Shown here: one piece after another, positions 54,486-62,995 of the stretch | Layout of the letters: each line of letters opens with the position of its first letter | Numbering within the stretch: position 1 is the stretch's first letter | The notes under the pieces: model-generated | What the model was told of the DNA's origin: nothing | Database searches by the model: none | What the model saw: only the letters and a program-made list of their open reading frames with translations | Assembly (NCBI GenBank): GCA_012523015.1 | Contig: JAAYJI010000164.1 | Span: forward strand, 1-62,995 | Source: Candidatus Hydrogenedentota bacterium | GTDB taxonomy: Bacteria; Hydrogenedentota; Hydrogenedentia; Hydrogenedentales; CAITNO01 | Direction of reading: 5' to 3' | Length of the DNA: 62,995 bases | Program-made: the position numbers and the translations under genes

Positions 54486-57470
54486 ATGAATACTACTGCT
54501 GTTTCTTTTGTTTGCACCCTGCTTTTCTCCCTCTTGATTGTCTTTGGCGCCGCCCCTCTTTACGCTGTTGATGCCGCGGAGGTCGTTCCCGAATTGGTGT
54601 ATTCGGGCGAGTTGCTCCGCTATCCCGGGCCCTATGGCTTTTTGCTCAACCGCCAACATATTATTCTGGTGAATGATGAGCAATTGCGGACACTGACGGA
54701 CCCCGATGCGAAAGTAGATTTAAGCTTGACCTACGACAAGCGAGTTGAAAGTTTGCGTGAGATTTGTGAGCGTGCCCAAGCCGCGGGACAACGGACGTTG
54801 ATCTTTGCCTTCGATGGCTTTTTTTCCCAATACAGGGAAGGCGGTCTCAAAGAGCCGCGCCAACTAACGCCGGACCGTGACGCTTACATAGAACATATTG
54901 GCGTGATCAGCCGCTTCGCACAGGGCTATGGTTTAGGCTTGGAACTGAGTCTCCTCTCTCCTCTGGAAATCGGGCCCGGATACCATGAAGCGACAGGTGA
55001 ATCTGGGCGGTGGATGCATGTACGCAAAGGGTTGCGCGATCCGGAAACAGGCGCTTATAGCGTGTCCCTCTGGCGGCAGCAGCGCTGGGGCAACAATAAA
55101 GGTGTCGTTGAAGTGAAGGATGATGGTGTGCGCGTCTTTGCCTTTCGAGAACGCCCTATTGGCGGTACACCCTACCGCGTCGTGCGGCCTGAAGACATTG
55201 TCGATATCAGCGATACAGCGTCCGTTGAGGTCTTTGAGGGACTGCAAAATAATAGCGGTGATTATGGGGCAGTGCGCGTACGCGTGCATGGAAGCGGCGG
55301 CGCTGAGGGACTGGATCGGGTCTGTGTCGTGCAGCTGTACCGTACGCCGGAAATGGATTATTTTAGCGATTCGGCGCTGCCCTATCTCACTGAACTCGGC
55401 GACCGCTATAGTGCGGCTGGTGTTCTGTTGAACGGTCTTTACAGTGATGAAATGCACATCCAACAAGATTGGAATTATTTTGGACATCATGATCACGGAC
55501 AATTTGCGCTGCGCTATGTGAGCCCGGGTTTCGAAAAGCGATTCGCGCAACGCTATGGTGAAGCCTATCAAGATTTTGCAAAGTATATGATCTACTTTGT
55601 CAATGGTCAGGAAGATACGGTTAACAATTTAACGGCCACCATGGATGTGATGCACGTATTCGGATCATCACCGCAGGATATACGGCGCACCGCGTTGATG
55701 CGTTCCAATTATTACCGAATGCTGCAAAATGGGGTGGTCGATCTTTTCGCTGCCGCCAAAGAACATGTTGAAGGATTGATGGGACATCGTCTGGAGGCAC
55801 GGGCTCATGCGACGTGGGCGGAAAGCCCAACCATTGATCATTGGTATGTGGAACGGCAAAACCGGCCGCAACAGCAATACGAATATACGCCGAATTTTGT
55901 ATGGTCTTGTACGGTCCATCAAGCCGCCTCCGCTTGTCATGATTATTTTAAATGGAACGACTTCCTCACGGGCGGCGGCAACGATCATCCCGAAGGAGGA
56001 TGGCTGGACCGTAATTACTACGCCCTCGCCCTTGCCTGTTCCACGGGCATTCTCAATCCCATTCCCTACGCCTATTGTGCGCACTGGGGGATGCCCGGCG
56101 CTATCAGTCATCTGCGCAATGCCTTGGTCAATACCTTCGGCGCTTTTAGCTCGGCTCACTTCAGCATGGTTCAGGATATGGAGCATCGCGATGTGGAAAT
56201 GCTCATGCTCTATCCTCTTGATCTGGTGTCGGTCAATGACCGCTTCGGCAGTTGGATGACCCAATACGGCTACACGAATTATGTGACCCAAGAAAAACTC
56301 CTTGAGATGGGGCGGGTAGAAGATGGCGCTATACTGTTGGGCGGACGCCGTTTCACCACCCTTGCCGCCCTCTTTGAACCTTTCCCAGAAGAAGCCTTGC
56401 TTGCGATGATGCACGATTTAGCAGAGCAGGGCGGGCAAGTGATCTGGTCGGGACCGCCGCCGTTGATTAACAGGGCGGGCGATTCCATTCTTGAAAAATG
56501 GGAGACGCTCACCGGTACCACCTACACGCCTACGGAAGAAGACGGGCTTTTGCTGCCGGGACGAAATATCCGTTTCTCGGGGACCTTGGCGTCTGTTCCC
56601 GATATGCCCATCTTGACCTCTTTCTTGGTGGATCGGGTGTATCCCGTGACAGCGGCGGCGGATACGGAAGTGGTCGCTCAGGTGGAAGAGCATACGGTGG
56701 GTACCCTTCGAAGTCTTGGCGCGGGTACCGTGACGACTTTGGGCTTTCGCCCTCGCGACGATCAATCGAAAAGTCTAGGCTATGAAATGCGCCATTGGTT
56801 TGAAATCGCTGTCGCACTCGGTGTCTATCCGCCAACGGGCGTTTTCCCGGGCGTCAACGACAATACAGAATATCTATCCCGAACTACGGACTACCTCTGT
56901 TGCCGTTTCCCCAATAAGACGGTGGCCGTTGCGCCCCATCTTCACGCTTTAAAAGAGGATTGGCCCGGCGGTTTCGCGCGCAAACAGGAAGAGGATGAAG
57001 CGCTGATAAAGACTCTTGATCTGCCTGACGGACGCATTCACTTGGAAGACTTCAAGGTGAATGGAAAGAAAGTTTCATACGACGGCAATCATGCGCTGAG
57101 TTTTCGTGTCAATGACGAGGGCGCGCTCATCGCCTTTACAGGATGTCATAGCCAATCCATCACGGTGGACGGGATCACCACCACCTTTGCCGATCAGGCC
57201 ATGCCGCTCATTGCTTGGGCTCCGGTTCGCGAAGACCGAACGATTCCCGGCGGTGCCGTGCTGAGTCTGTTCTATCATGGTTCCGGTACCTTGCGCATTC
57301 CGGTCCCGGAATTGGGTACGGCGACGCAAGTGGAGGTATGCGCACAGGGCGCACACCCGGGCAGCCGCGGCGCTGTGCTTGATGCTCGTCTGGAAGCGGG
57401 GATCCTGATCCTTGACGCGGTGCCTGCCTACGCAGGGCGTTGGATTTATGTCATGGCGAGCGCGTCTTAA
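54486..57470 (+). CDS. Large (994 aa) secreted protein of unknown function, possibly a carbohydrate-active enzyme
   Basis: Signal peptide ..LLIVFGAAPLYAVDA. It is a long uninterrupted ORF with globular composition. I recognise no catalytic motif. The segment LLGGRRFTTLAALFEPFPEEALLAMMHDLAEQGGQVIWSG resembles GH42-type trimerisation/GATase-like domains. Confidence 0.75.
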   Translation: MNTTAVSFVCTLLFSLLIVFGAAPLYAVDAAEVVPELVYSGELLRYPGPYGFLLNRQHIILVNDEQLRTLTDPDAKVDLSLTYDKRVESLREICERAQAAGQRTLIFAFDGFFSQYREGGLKEPRQLTPDRDAYIEHIGVISRFAQGYGLGLELSLLSPLEIGPGYHEATGESGRWMHVRKGLRDPETGAYSVSLWRQQRWGNNKGVVEVKDDGVRVFAFRERPIGGTPYRVVRPEDIVDISDTASVEVFEGLQNNSGDYGAVRVRVHGSGGAEGLDRVCVVQLYRTPEMDYFSDSALPYLTELGDRYSAAGVLLNGLYSDEMHIQQDWNYFGHHDHGQFALRYVSPGFEKRFAQRYGEAYQDFAKYMIYFVNGQEDTVNNLTATMDVMHVFGSSPQDIRRTALMRSNYYRMLQNGVVDLFAAAKEHVEGLMGHRLEARAHATWAESPTIDHWYVERQNRPQQQYEYTPNFVWSCTVHQAASACHDYFKWNDFLTGGGNDHPEGGWLDRNYYALALACSTGILNPIPYAYCAHWGMPGAISHLRNALVNTFGAFSSAHFSMVQDMEHRDVEMLMLYPLDLVSVNDRFGSWMTQYGYTNYVTQEKLLEMGRVEDGAILLGGRRFTTLAALFEPFPEEALLAMMHDLAEQGGQVIWSGPPPLINRAGDSILEKWETLTGTTYTPTEEDGLLLPGRNIRFSGTLASVPDMPILTSFLVDRVYPVTAAADTEVVAQVEEHTVGTLRSLGAGTVTTLGFRPRDDQSKSLGYEMRHWFEIAVALGVYPPTGVFPGVNDNTEYLSRTTDYLCCRFPNKTVAVAPHLHALKEDWPGGFARKQEEDEALIKTLDLPDGRIHLEDFKVNGKKVSYDGNHALSFRVNDEGALIAFTGCHSQSITVDGITTTFADQAMPLIAWAPVREDRTIPGGAVLSLFYHGSGTLRIPVPELGTATQVEVCAQGAHPGSRGAVLDARLEAGILILDAVPAYAGRWIYVMASAS

Positions 57471-57532
57471 ATCGAATCAGAGGCGAACATGCGTTGCGTA
57501 GTGGTGACGCCGTTGGTCTCCGCCCCGGATCA

Positions 57533-58960
57533 TTACGCGTTGGGCAAAATAATTTCGACGCTGTGATTTGCGTCGGGATGCTCACGGGACGGTCCGCGGA
57601 CGAGTACCGCCATACCATCGGCAGGAAGCCCGTTCTTGCGCATCCAGTCATGAATAAAGCTTTTCCAATCGCCGGATCGTTCTTCTTCGCAGCAACCATG
57701 GACACCGTAAGAGAATTGCAGATCACGGCATACTTTTTCGTCGCGGCTAAAGGCGACAATCCACAACGGAAGTTTGAAGCGCGATACCATCCTTGCCGTA
57801 TGACCTGAGGCGGTGGGCACGATAACTGCCGCAGGTTCAAGGCTGTCCACAATATGATTGATATTCCGTGACATGTAGTCAGTCAAATTATCGTCGTCCG
57901 CTTTCTCATAATTGGCGTTGGCTTCCCAAGCCGTTTCTGAGGGGCGGTAGGGCTCGGTGCCCGCAGCAATGCTGCAAAGCATTTCCACAGATTCTACAGG
58001 ATAGCTGCCTAAGGCGGATTCCTCGGAGAGCATGACCGCGTCGGTACCGTCTAGGATAGCGTTCGCCACATCGGTGACTTCTGCGCGCGTCGGCCGACGG
58101 CGGTCCACCATGGATTCCAACATATGGGTGGCAGTGATGACCGGTTTGCCGGCGCGGTTCGCGCGATGGGTCAATTGTTTTTGCACGATAGCGATGCGTT
58201 CCAAGGGGATTTCCACGCCCAAGTCGCCGCGGGCAATCATAATCCCGTCCGCTGCATCAATAATGCTGTCCACATGATCCAGCGCTTGGGTGCGCTCTAT
58301 TTTCGCAATGATAAAAGGGTTCTTCCCCATTTGGGCAGCTGTGTTACGCAAGAGATGGATGTCTGACGCGCACGCCACAAAGGATTGGCTCACGGCATCA
58401 ACTCCTTTGCTCAAGGCGAATCGCAGGCATTCATGATCCCTGTCTGTGAAGGTACTGATACCCAGATCAATACCCGGCAGGTTCACTCCTTTTTTGGAAA
58501 GAAGATCGCCGCCTACAAGAACGGTACAGCGGACATCAGTCTTCATAATCTCGCACACTTCCAGATGGATGATGCCGTCGTTGAGGAAGAGCTGATCACC
58601 CACCTTGACGCTGTCGGGCAGCGTGGGCAGGCTCACATAAGCGCGTTTTTCATCGCCTACGATTTCTTCTGTTGTCAGGGTAAAATCGTCGCCTTGTTTC
58701 AAGTGTATCGCTTCGTTTTCCAACAAGCCAATACGAATTTTGGGCCCGGGTAAATCCGCCATAATGGCAAGGCGTCTGCCTTCTTGCTGCGATACAGTGC
58801 GAAGCCGATCAATAATCTTTTCGTGCCATTCAAAAGCACCGTGTGAAAAGTTCAGCCGGGCAACATTCATGCCTGCACGTAAAAGTCCTGCCATACTATG
58901 GGACGATTCGGAAGCGGGACCGATGGTACATACAATTTTAGTTTTATTTCGGGTAAACAG
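57533..58960 (-). CDS. pyk: Pyruvate kinase (start extended to a probable CTG at 58960)
   Basis: GMNVARLNFSHG, MADLPGPKIR and IIAKIE..QAL are present. The conserved N-terminal strand KTKIVCTIGPAS is encoded in frame upstream of the first ATG (58894). Between the upstream stop and that ATG there is no ATG, GTG or TTG, only a CTG preceded by AAGGA. Confidence 0.85.
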   Translation of the reverse strand: MFTRNKTKIVCTIGPASESSHSMAGLLRAGMNVARLNFSHGAFEWHEKIIDRLRTVSQQEGRRLAIMADLPGPKIRIGLLENEAIHLKQGDDFTLTTEEIVGDEKRAYVSLPTLPDSVKVGDQLFLNDGIIHLEVCEIMKTDVRCTVLVGGDLLSKKGVNLPGIDLGISTFTDRDHECLRFALSKGVDAVSQSFVACASDIHLLRNTAAQMGKNPFIIAKIERTQALDHVDSIIDAADGIMIARGDLGVEIPLERIAIVQKQLTHRANRAGKPVITATHMLESMVDRRRPTRAEVTDVANAILDGTDAVMLSEESALGSYPVESVEMLCSIAAGTEPYRPSETAWEANANYEKADDDNLTDYMSRNINHIVDSLEPAAVIVPTASGHTARMVSRFKLPLWIVAFSRDEKVCRDLQFSYGVHGCCEEERSGDWKSFIHDWMRKNGLPADGMAVLVRGPSREHPDANHSVEIILPNA

Positions 58961-59143
58961 GGCTGTATTCCTTTTGAGCTATGAAAACATGGGGTATATA
59001 ATGGAGAAACGCTACCCTATCATTATAGAGGATTAGTATCGAAAATTTGCAGTACTATTGTTTTGTGAAAGAGGGAGCACTTTAAGTGTGAATCTGCAAT
59101 CTCTAAAATACACTTGATACGAGGGAACAGAAGGAGATGTCCC

Positions 59144-59509
59144 ATGAATCAGAAATACGAAAAGCATTATTCAGAGGAATCTTTTTTTAATAAAATAATA
59201 CGCTACGCTAAATCAGCGGGGATTAAGGTGATTTATGTCGCTTTGCTTTTATACTACACCCTGAAAAAACCTTCAACGCCTCCATGGGCAAAGACTGCAA
59301 TAATAGGGGCATTAGGTTACTTTATTTTTCCCATAGATCTTATCCCTGATATTTTACCGGGAGTTGGATATGTAGACGATCTCAGCGTTATGGCGGCCGC
59401 TCTTGCTACTGTTGCAGCCTATATTGATGATGAGGTGAGGGAGCAAGCAAAAGAGAAACTTAAGGATTGGTTTGGCGACTTTGACGAAAAGAAAATTGAA
59501 GGGTATTAA
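59144..59509 (+). CDS. DUF1232 (YkvA-like) membrane protein
   Basis: AAGGAG at 59131-59136 followed by ATG 59144. The DUF1232 signature is present: GALGYFIFPIDLIPDILPGVGYVDDLSVMAAAL. Confidence 0.8.
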   Translation: MNQKYEKHYSEESFFNKIIRYAKSAGIKVIYVALLLYYTLKKPSTPPWAKTAIIGALGYFIFPIDLIPDILPGVGYVDDLSVMAAALATVAAYIDDEVREQAKEKLKDWFGDFDEKKIEGY

Positions 59510-59542
59510 TCGAAACTTTTTTGTCGGATTCAGAAAAAGGTT

Positions 59543-61249
59543 TCAGCTGCCTTGTTGCAGCGCCCATAAAATCAGACCTTGATGCACCATGGGATCAGGG
59601 CCTTTTAAATAGAGGGAACCCACGGGATATCCGCACACGACATGGTTCCGGCGGTGTGCGAAAAAGCGCCGCTCACCAAGTGTTAAGGCATAGTCATCGC
59701 CAGCGCCGAGATGGGCCAGCTCTTCTGCGCCTACCGGGCAGTCTTCCACAAATACGGTTGGTTGGGCGATGCCGGAGGCAAGGCCAGTTGCCCTGTTGTT
59801 TTTCAACGCCGGCGCTTCGGGGAAATCCTCAATGATCAAGAGGGGCAGTGTGTCAATTTTTTTGCGCGCCGAAGAGGGCAACAGGTTGCGCGGCGAGAAC
59901 GCCATGTAGAAGGCTCGGTATCCGCTGAGATCTTCATCAAGATTGTCTTCATTAATAATCCGCACAGGGATCTTGGCGTCAACGAGTAATTTATAGACGC
60001 CGAACTGAGCATCATGAAGCCATTCCGTATCTTCACGGTAGAGGTAGTTCGCCCATTTTGAAAAAAAGAGAAGAACGGTTTCCTTGCGTTCGGAGATTAG
60101 AGGAGGACGCCACTGTTCACGCCAGAGCTGCAGCAATTCGCGAAGCTCAGGTTGTGCTGAGGGCGACGCCGACAAATACGAGCGGTTGGCAATCTTGAGT
60201 CCTGCGCCTGCTTGTGCTGCGGACTGTCCTATGGCAAGCAGTTGGGACAGTGTATAGCCGAGCGTCTCGAGTGTGGCGGCTCCGTCAAACTCGAAGACTA
60301 CGGGCAGCCCGGTGATTCGTTGAAAGGCCGCCACGCTTGCCGCTGCGACCCAGCCGGGATCTTGTGCGTGCCAAAAGAAATCGTAGGAATGAACCACTTG
60401 TGCTGCGCCGCGGGTTAAGCCAAAATAATCTAAGTTCGCCATGGCTGCGCTTTCACGGCGGTAGCTTTCGCCGAGGGGAGCGGAAATGCGCGCGTCGGGA
60501 TCGCCGGCTTTCAGTGCTTCCTCAAAGCGCTGCAGTGCTGTGTGCCAACAATATTCGCGAAAGGCGATAACCGCCATTGTGACAGGGCTCGTATCGGGCA
60601 GCCCGGCCGTGGGTTCCGGTTCGGGCGGATAATCGGGTAAGGGGTGATCACCTGCTGCCTCTGCCAGCCATGCCGGTCGGGGCGCTGCGATCACCTCGCG
60701 CCACGCCTTCAGTGTGGCGGGGTCATAATGCCACCAGTGCCCATATTTCAATTCCCCATGAATGCCGATGAAAGCGTTGTATAAGACATTGCGATTGCGG
60801 CAGCATTTTGCGATTTCTGTGCATAAGGGCGCGTAGTGTTCCCAAAAACGCGCGTCCATGAGGGAGGGGATGGCATACTCAATTTCTTTTCCATCCACAT
60901 CCATCCACCGATCGCCCTCGTACCAATCGGGGATCATCTTCGGATAATAGCTGTTGATGCGCAGCCGCATACCGAGCCCAAGCTTTTCACAAGAGTGGAT
61001 CCGTTCTTCAAGCCACCTTAGATCATAACGGCCGGGCTCCGTTTCCAGCAGATACCAGGGCACACTCAGTTCCACACGGGTAAAACCCAAGTCTGCAAGT
61101 TCTTTCACCCACGTATTAAAGAGAAGGGGCTCCAGCGCCGGTTCTGTCCAATCCCAAATATCGAAAGAGTATTCTGCTTCTTCCGCCGCTTGAAGAGAAA
61201 GCATCGAAACAAAGCATAGGAGCATGACAGGGATAACGAATCGGAACAT
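59543..61249 (-). CDS. Secreted TIM-barrel glycoside hydrolase-like protein (GH42/GH35-like N-terminal region)
   Basis: Signal peptide present. VELSVPWYLLETEPGRYDLRWLEERIHSCEKLGLGMRLRI resembles the W..lEP.eG.ydf..ld motif of beta-galactosidase-type families. Confidence 0.5.
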   Translation of the reverse strand: MFRFVIPVMLLCFVSMLSLQAAEEAEYSFDIWDWTEPALEPLLFNTWVKELADLGFTRVELSVPWYLLETEPGRYDLRWLEERIHSCEKLGLGMRLRINSYYPKMIPDWYEGDRWMDVDGKEIEYAIPSLMDARFWEHYAPLCTEIAKCCRNRNVLYNAFIGIHGELKYGHWWHYDPATLKAWREVIAAPRPAWLAEAAGDHPLPDYPPEPEPTAGLPDTSPVTMAVIAFREYCWHTALQRFEEALKAGDPDARISAPLGESYRRESAAMANLDYFGLTRGAAQVVHSYDFFWHAQDPGWVAAASVAAFQRITGLPVVFEFDGAATLETLGYTLSQLLAIGQSAAQAGAGLKIANRSYLSASPSAQPELRELLQLWREQWRPPLISERKETVLLFFSKWANYLYREDTEWLHDAQFGVYKLLVDAKIPVRIINEDNLDEDLSGYRAFYMAFSPRNLLPSSARKKIDTLPLLIIEDFPEAPALKNNRATGLASGIAQPTVFVEDCPVGAEELAHLGAGDDYALTLGERRFFAHRRNHVVCGYPVGSLYLKGPDPMVHQGLILWALQQGS

Positions 61250-61398
61250 GGTAAACCTTTATTGTTCGGCCTTGGCATGAGCGAAGAGGCAGGGTGTTGA
61301 TAGGGGACAGGTGGGTTAAAGCGCGCGCTTGGGATTAGCGGGGGCGCAGCTCTTTTGCGCCAACGCGGCTAGGCTTCCGCAAAGGGCGTATGGCTTTA

Positions 61399-61755
61399 TC
61401 AGTCAATGCTTGTAATGTGATTGTTGTGGTCAACATGAACCATGACAGGCTTATGCTGTGCTGCTTCGGCGGCGTCTATCTGCCCGTAGGTGATGGCAAT
61501 AATCAAGTCGCCTGCTTGACCCAAGCGTGCTGCGGCACCATTGAGACATACCGTTCCGCTGCCTCGTTCCCCTTTAATAATATAGGTAACAAAACGATCG
61601 CCCGTATTGATATTCAGTACATGAATCTGTTCATATTCATGCATTTGTGCCGCATCCATAAGGTCTTCGTCCAAGGTCAGGCTTCCCTGATAGTTCAGGT
61701 TTGCCTCGGTCACCGTGGCGCGGTGTACTTTACTTTTCATCATGGTTAACAGCAT
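61399..61755 (-). CDS. panD: Aspartate 1-decarboxylase (pyruvoyl-dependent)
   Basis: [25 protein letters not shown] (Gly-Ser self-cleavage site) ...NGAAARL...GD. Confidence 0.93.
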   Translation of the reverse strand: MLLTMMKSKVHRATVTEANLNYQGSLTLDEDLMDAAQMHEYEQIHVLNINTGDRFVTYIIKGERGSGTVCLNGAAARLGQAGDLIIAITYGQIDAAEAAQHKPVMVHVDHNNHITSID

Positions 61756-61806
61756 TTGACCTTATACTCCTTTTACGGCTCCAAACAGAACCGGACATCT
61801 ATCCTT

Positions 61807-62658
61807 TCAAACAGCGGTTTCTGTCGGATCAAATTTAATATTATCGATTAATCGCGCTGTCGGTAATTGTGCCGCCACGGCGAGGAGAATGGGGCGCGCT
61901 ATTTGTTCTACCGGGCCCATTGTATCGGCATCCACCAACATCACATATTCCATATTCACCGGTGCCATGGCCGCTTTAACGGCGTCAATGAGCACTTCCA
62001 CGCTGCGCTCGCCTCGGCGCAACCGTTCTTCCGCATCAAAGAGCGCACGAGACAAACATAATGCATTGCTGCGGTCTGCTGCGCTTAGATAAGCGTTGCG
62101 CGAGCTCATGGCGAGGCCGTCCGCTTCACGGACAATGGGCATTTCCTTAATTTCGATACCCATATCCAAATCGCGAACCATCCGTTTTATAACAGCGCAT
62201 TGCTGGGCATCTTTCTGCCCGAAATAGGCACGATGGGGTTGCACAGCGTTGAATAGTTTGGTTACCACTGTTGCCACGCCTCGAAAAAAATGGGGTCGGC
62301 TCGCGCCGCATAAACCCTCGCTTACTTGATTGACTTCCACAAAGGTGGCGTAGTCTTCAGGATACATCACAGCGGCAGTGGGCAAGTATACCGCTTGTAC
62401 GCCGTATGTTTCCAATTGTCGCAGGTCATCTTCCAAGCTTCGGGGATAGGCGTCAAAATCTTCATGAGGCGCGAATTGGGTCGGATTCACAAAAATACTC
62501 GCCACAGCACAATCATTTTGCGCGGCTGCTGCCTCGACCAAACTGAGGTGTCCCGCGTGCAGTGCGCCCATGGTCGGCACAAATCCGATACTTCGCCCTG
62601 CACAGCGCTGCGTTTCTGACCACGCGCGCATAGCTCTTGGATCGCGCCATTGCATCAT
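61807..62658 (-). CDS. panC: Pantoate--beta-alanine ligase
   Basis: GFVPTMGALHAGHLSLV...FVNPTQF...GQKDAQQ. Confidence 0.93.
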   Translation of the reverse strand: MMQWRDPRAMRAWSETQRCAGRSIGFVPTMGALHAGHLSLVEAAAAQNDCAVASIFVNPTQFAPHEDFDAYPRSLEDDLRQLETYGVQAVYLPTAAVMYPEDYATFVEVNQVSEGLCGASRPHFFRGVATVVTKLFNAVQPHRAYFGQKDAQQCAVIKRMVRDLDMGIEIKEMPIVREADGLAMSSRNAYLSAADRSNALCLSRALFDAEERLRRGERSVEVLIDAVKAAMAPVNMEYVMLVDADTMGPVEQIARPILLAVAAQLPTARLIDNIKFDPTETAV

Positions 62659-62995
62659 TTGTAGCCGTGCTCCTCAGCGGGGAAACTGCCCTCTTTGACT
62701 TCACGTATATAGGAAGCGAAAGCACTTCGCATGACGGTACGCATGTCGGCAAAGGTTTTTGCAAAGCGTGTCTTGCCCCAACCCAAGATGTCATGGGATA
62801 CGAGTACCTGTCCGTCACAGCCTGCTCCGGCGCCGATACCGATGGTCGGGATGGCGAGGCTTTCGGAAATTTGTGTGGCTAATTCTGAGGGGATACATTC
62901 CAAAACGATGGCGAAGCAACCGGCGCCTTGGAGTTCCAGCGCTTCATTGCGCAGCCGACGCGCTTGCTGTTCACCACGACCCTGCACTTTATAGC
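62655..62995 (-). CDS. panB: 3-methyl-2-oxobutanoate hydroxymethyltransferase, C-terminal part (5' end outside the window)
   Basis: ..KVQGRGEQQARRLRNEALELQGAGCFAIVLECIPSELATQISESLAIPTIGIGAGAGCDGQVLVSHDILG.. The frame is open to the window edge, and there is a 4-nt overlap with panC. Confidence 0.88.
   Translation of the reverse strand, partial: YKVQGRGEQQARRLRNEALELQGAGCFAIVLECIPSELATQISESLAIPTIGIGAGAGCDGQVLVSHDILGWGKTRFAKTFADMRTVMRSAFASYIREVKEGSFPAEEHGYK

Overview
This is a 62,995-bp chromosomal window with roughly 50% GC by eye. It uses the standard genetic code: TAA, TAG and TGA all end well-supported genes. The source looks like a diderm bacterium (TonB-like protein, LpxH-like enzyme, SecA, LepB) that is probably anaerobic and forages on glycans. 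I support about 55 protein-coding genes and saw no rRNA, tRNA, CRISPR array, transposase or prophage.

Main content, left to right:
- A truncated repeat protein, an EEP-family enzyme and a PA14/C-type-lectin surface protein.
- A rex-hndABCD [FeFe]-hydrogenase module.
- rimI-tsaB, an HU/IHF gene and a PP-loop sugar amidotransferase.
- A sialic-acid harvesting operon (sialidase, NanM-like mutarotase fused to a Na+/solute symporter, AGE epimerase).
- rpe, a PASTA protein, rsmB, fmt and ybaB.
- A TonB-like gene, lepB and an lpxH-like gene.
- An operon of secA, a transglutaminase-like protein, an ABC exporter and yjbQ.
- Two acyltransferase genes.
- comEA and an ECF sigma / anti-sigma / DUF4097 triad.
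- An ABC-F ATPase, pyk and panDCB.

Most interesting observations:
1. The hydrogenase flavoprotein HndC (NuoF-like) carries a C-terminal GltD/NfnB-like FAD/NAD(P)H module where the usual ferredoxin-like tail would be. The catalytic subunit has TSCSPGW in place of the canonical H-cluster motif TSCCPxW.
2. A structured non-coding element of about 100-150 nt occurs twice in inverted orientation, about 16.3 kb apart (near 25.5 kb and 42.0 kb). Each copy lies upstream of an inward-facing gene.
3. A bacterial protein shows an N-myristoyltransferase-like motif pattern and sits next to a FeeM-like N-acyltransferase.
4. There are three gene-integrity oddities. rsmB carries an in-frame TAA, the TonB-like gene is split by a -1 frameshift next to T6 and C6 homopolymer tracts, and pyk has no canonical start codon upstream of its conserved N-terminus.

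All functional calls come from motif recognition by eye. No database search was run.
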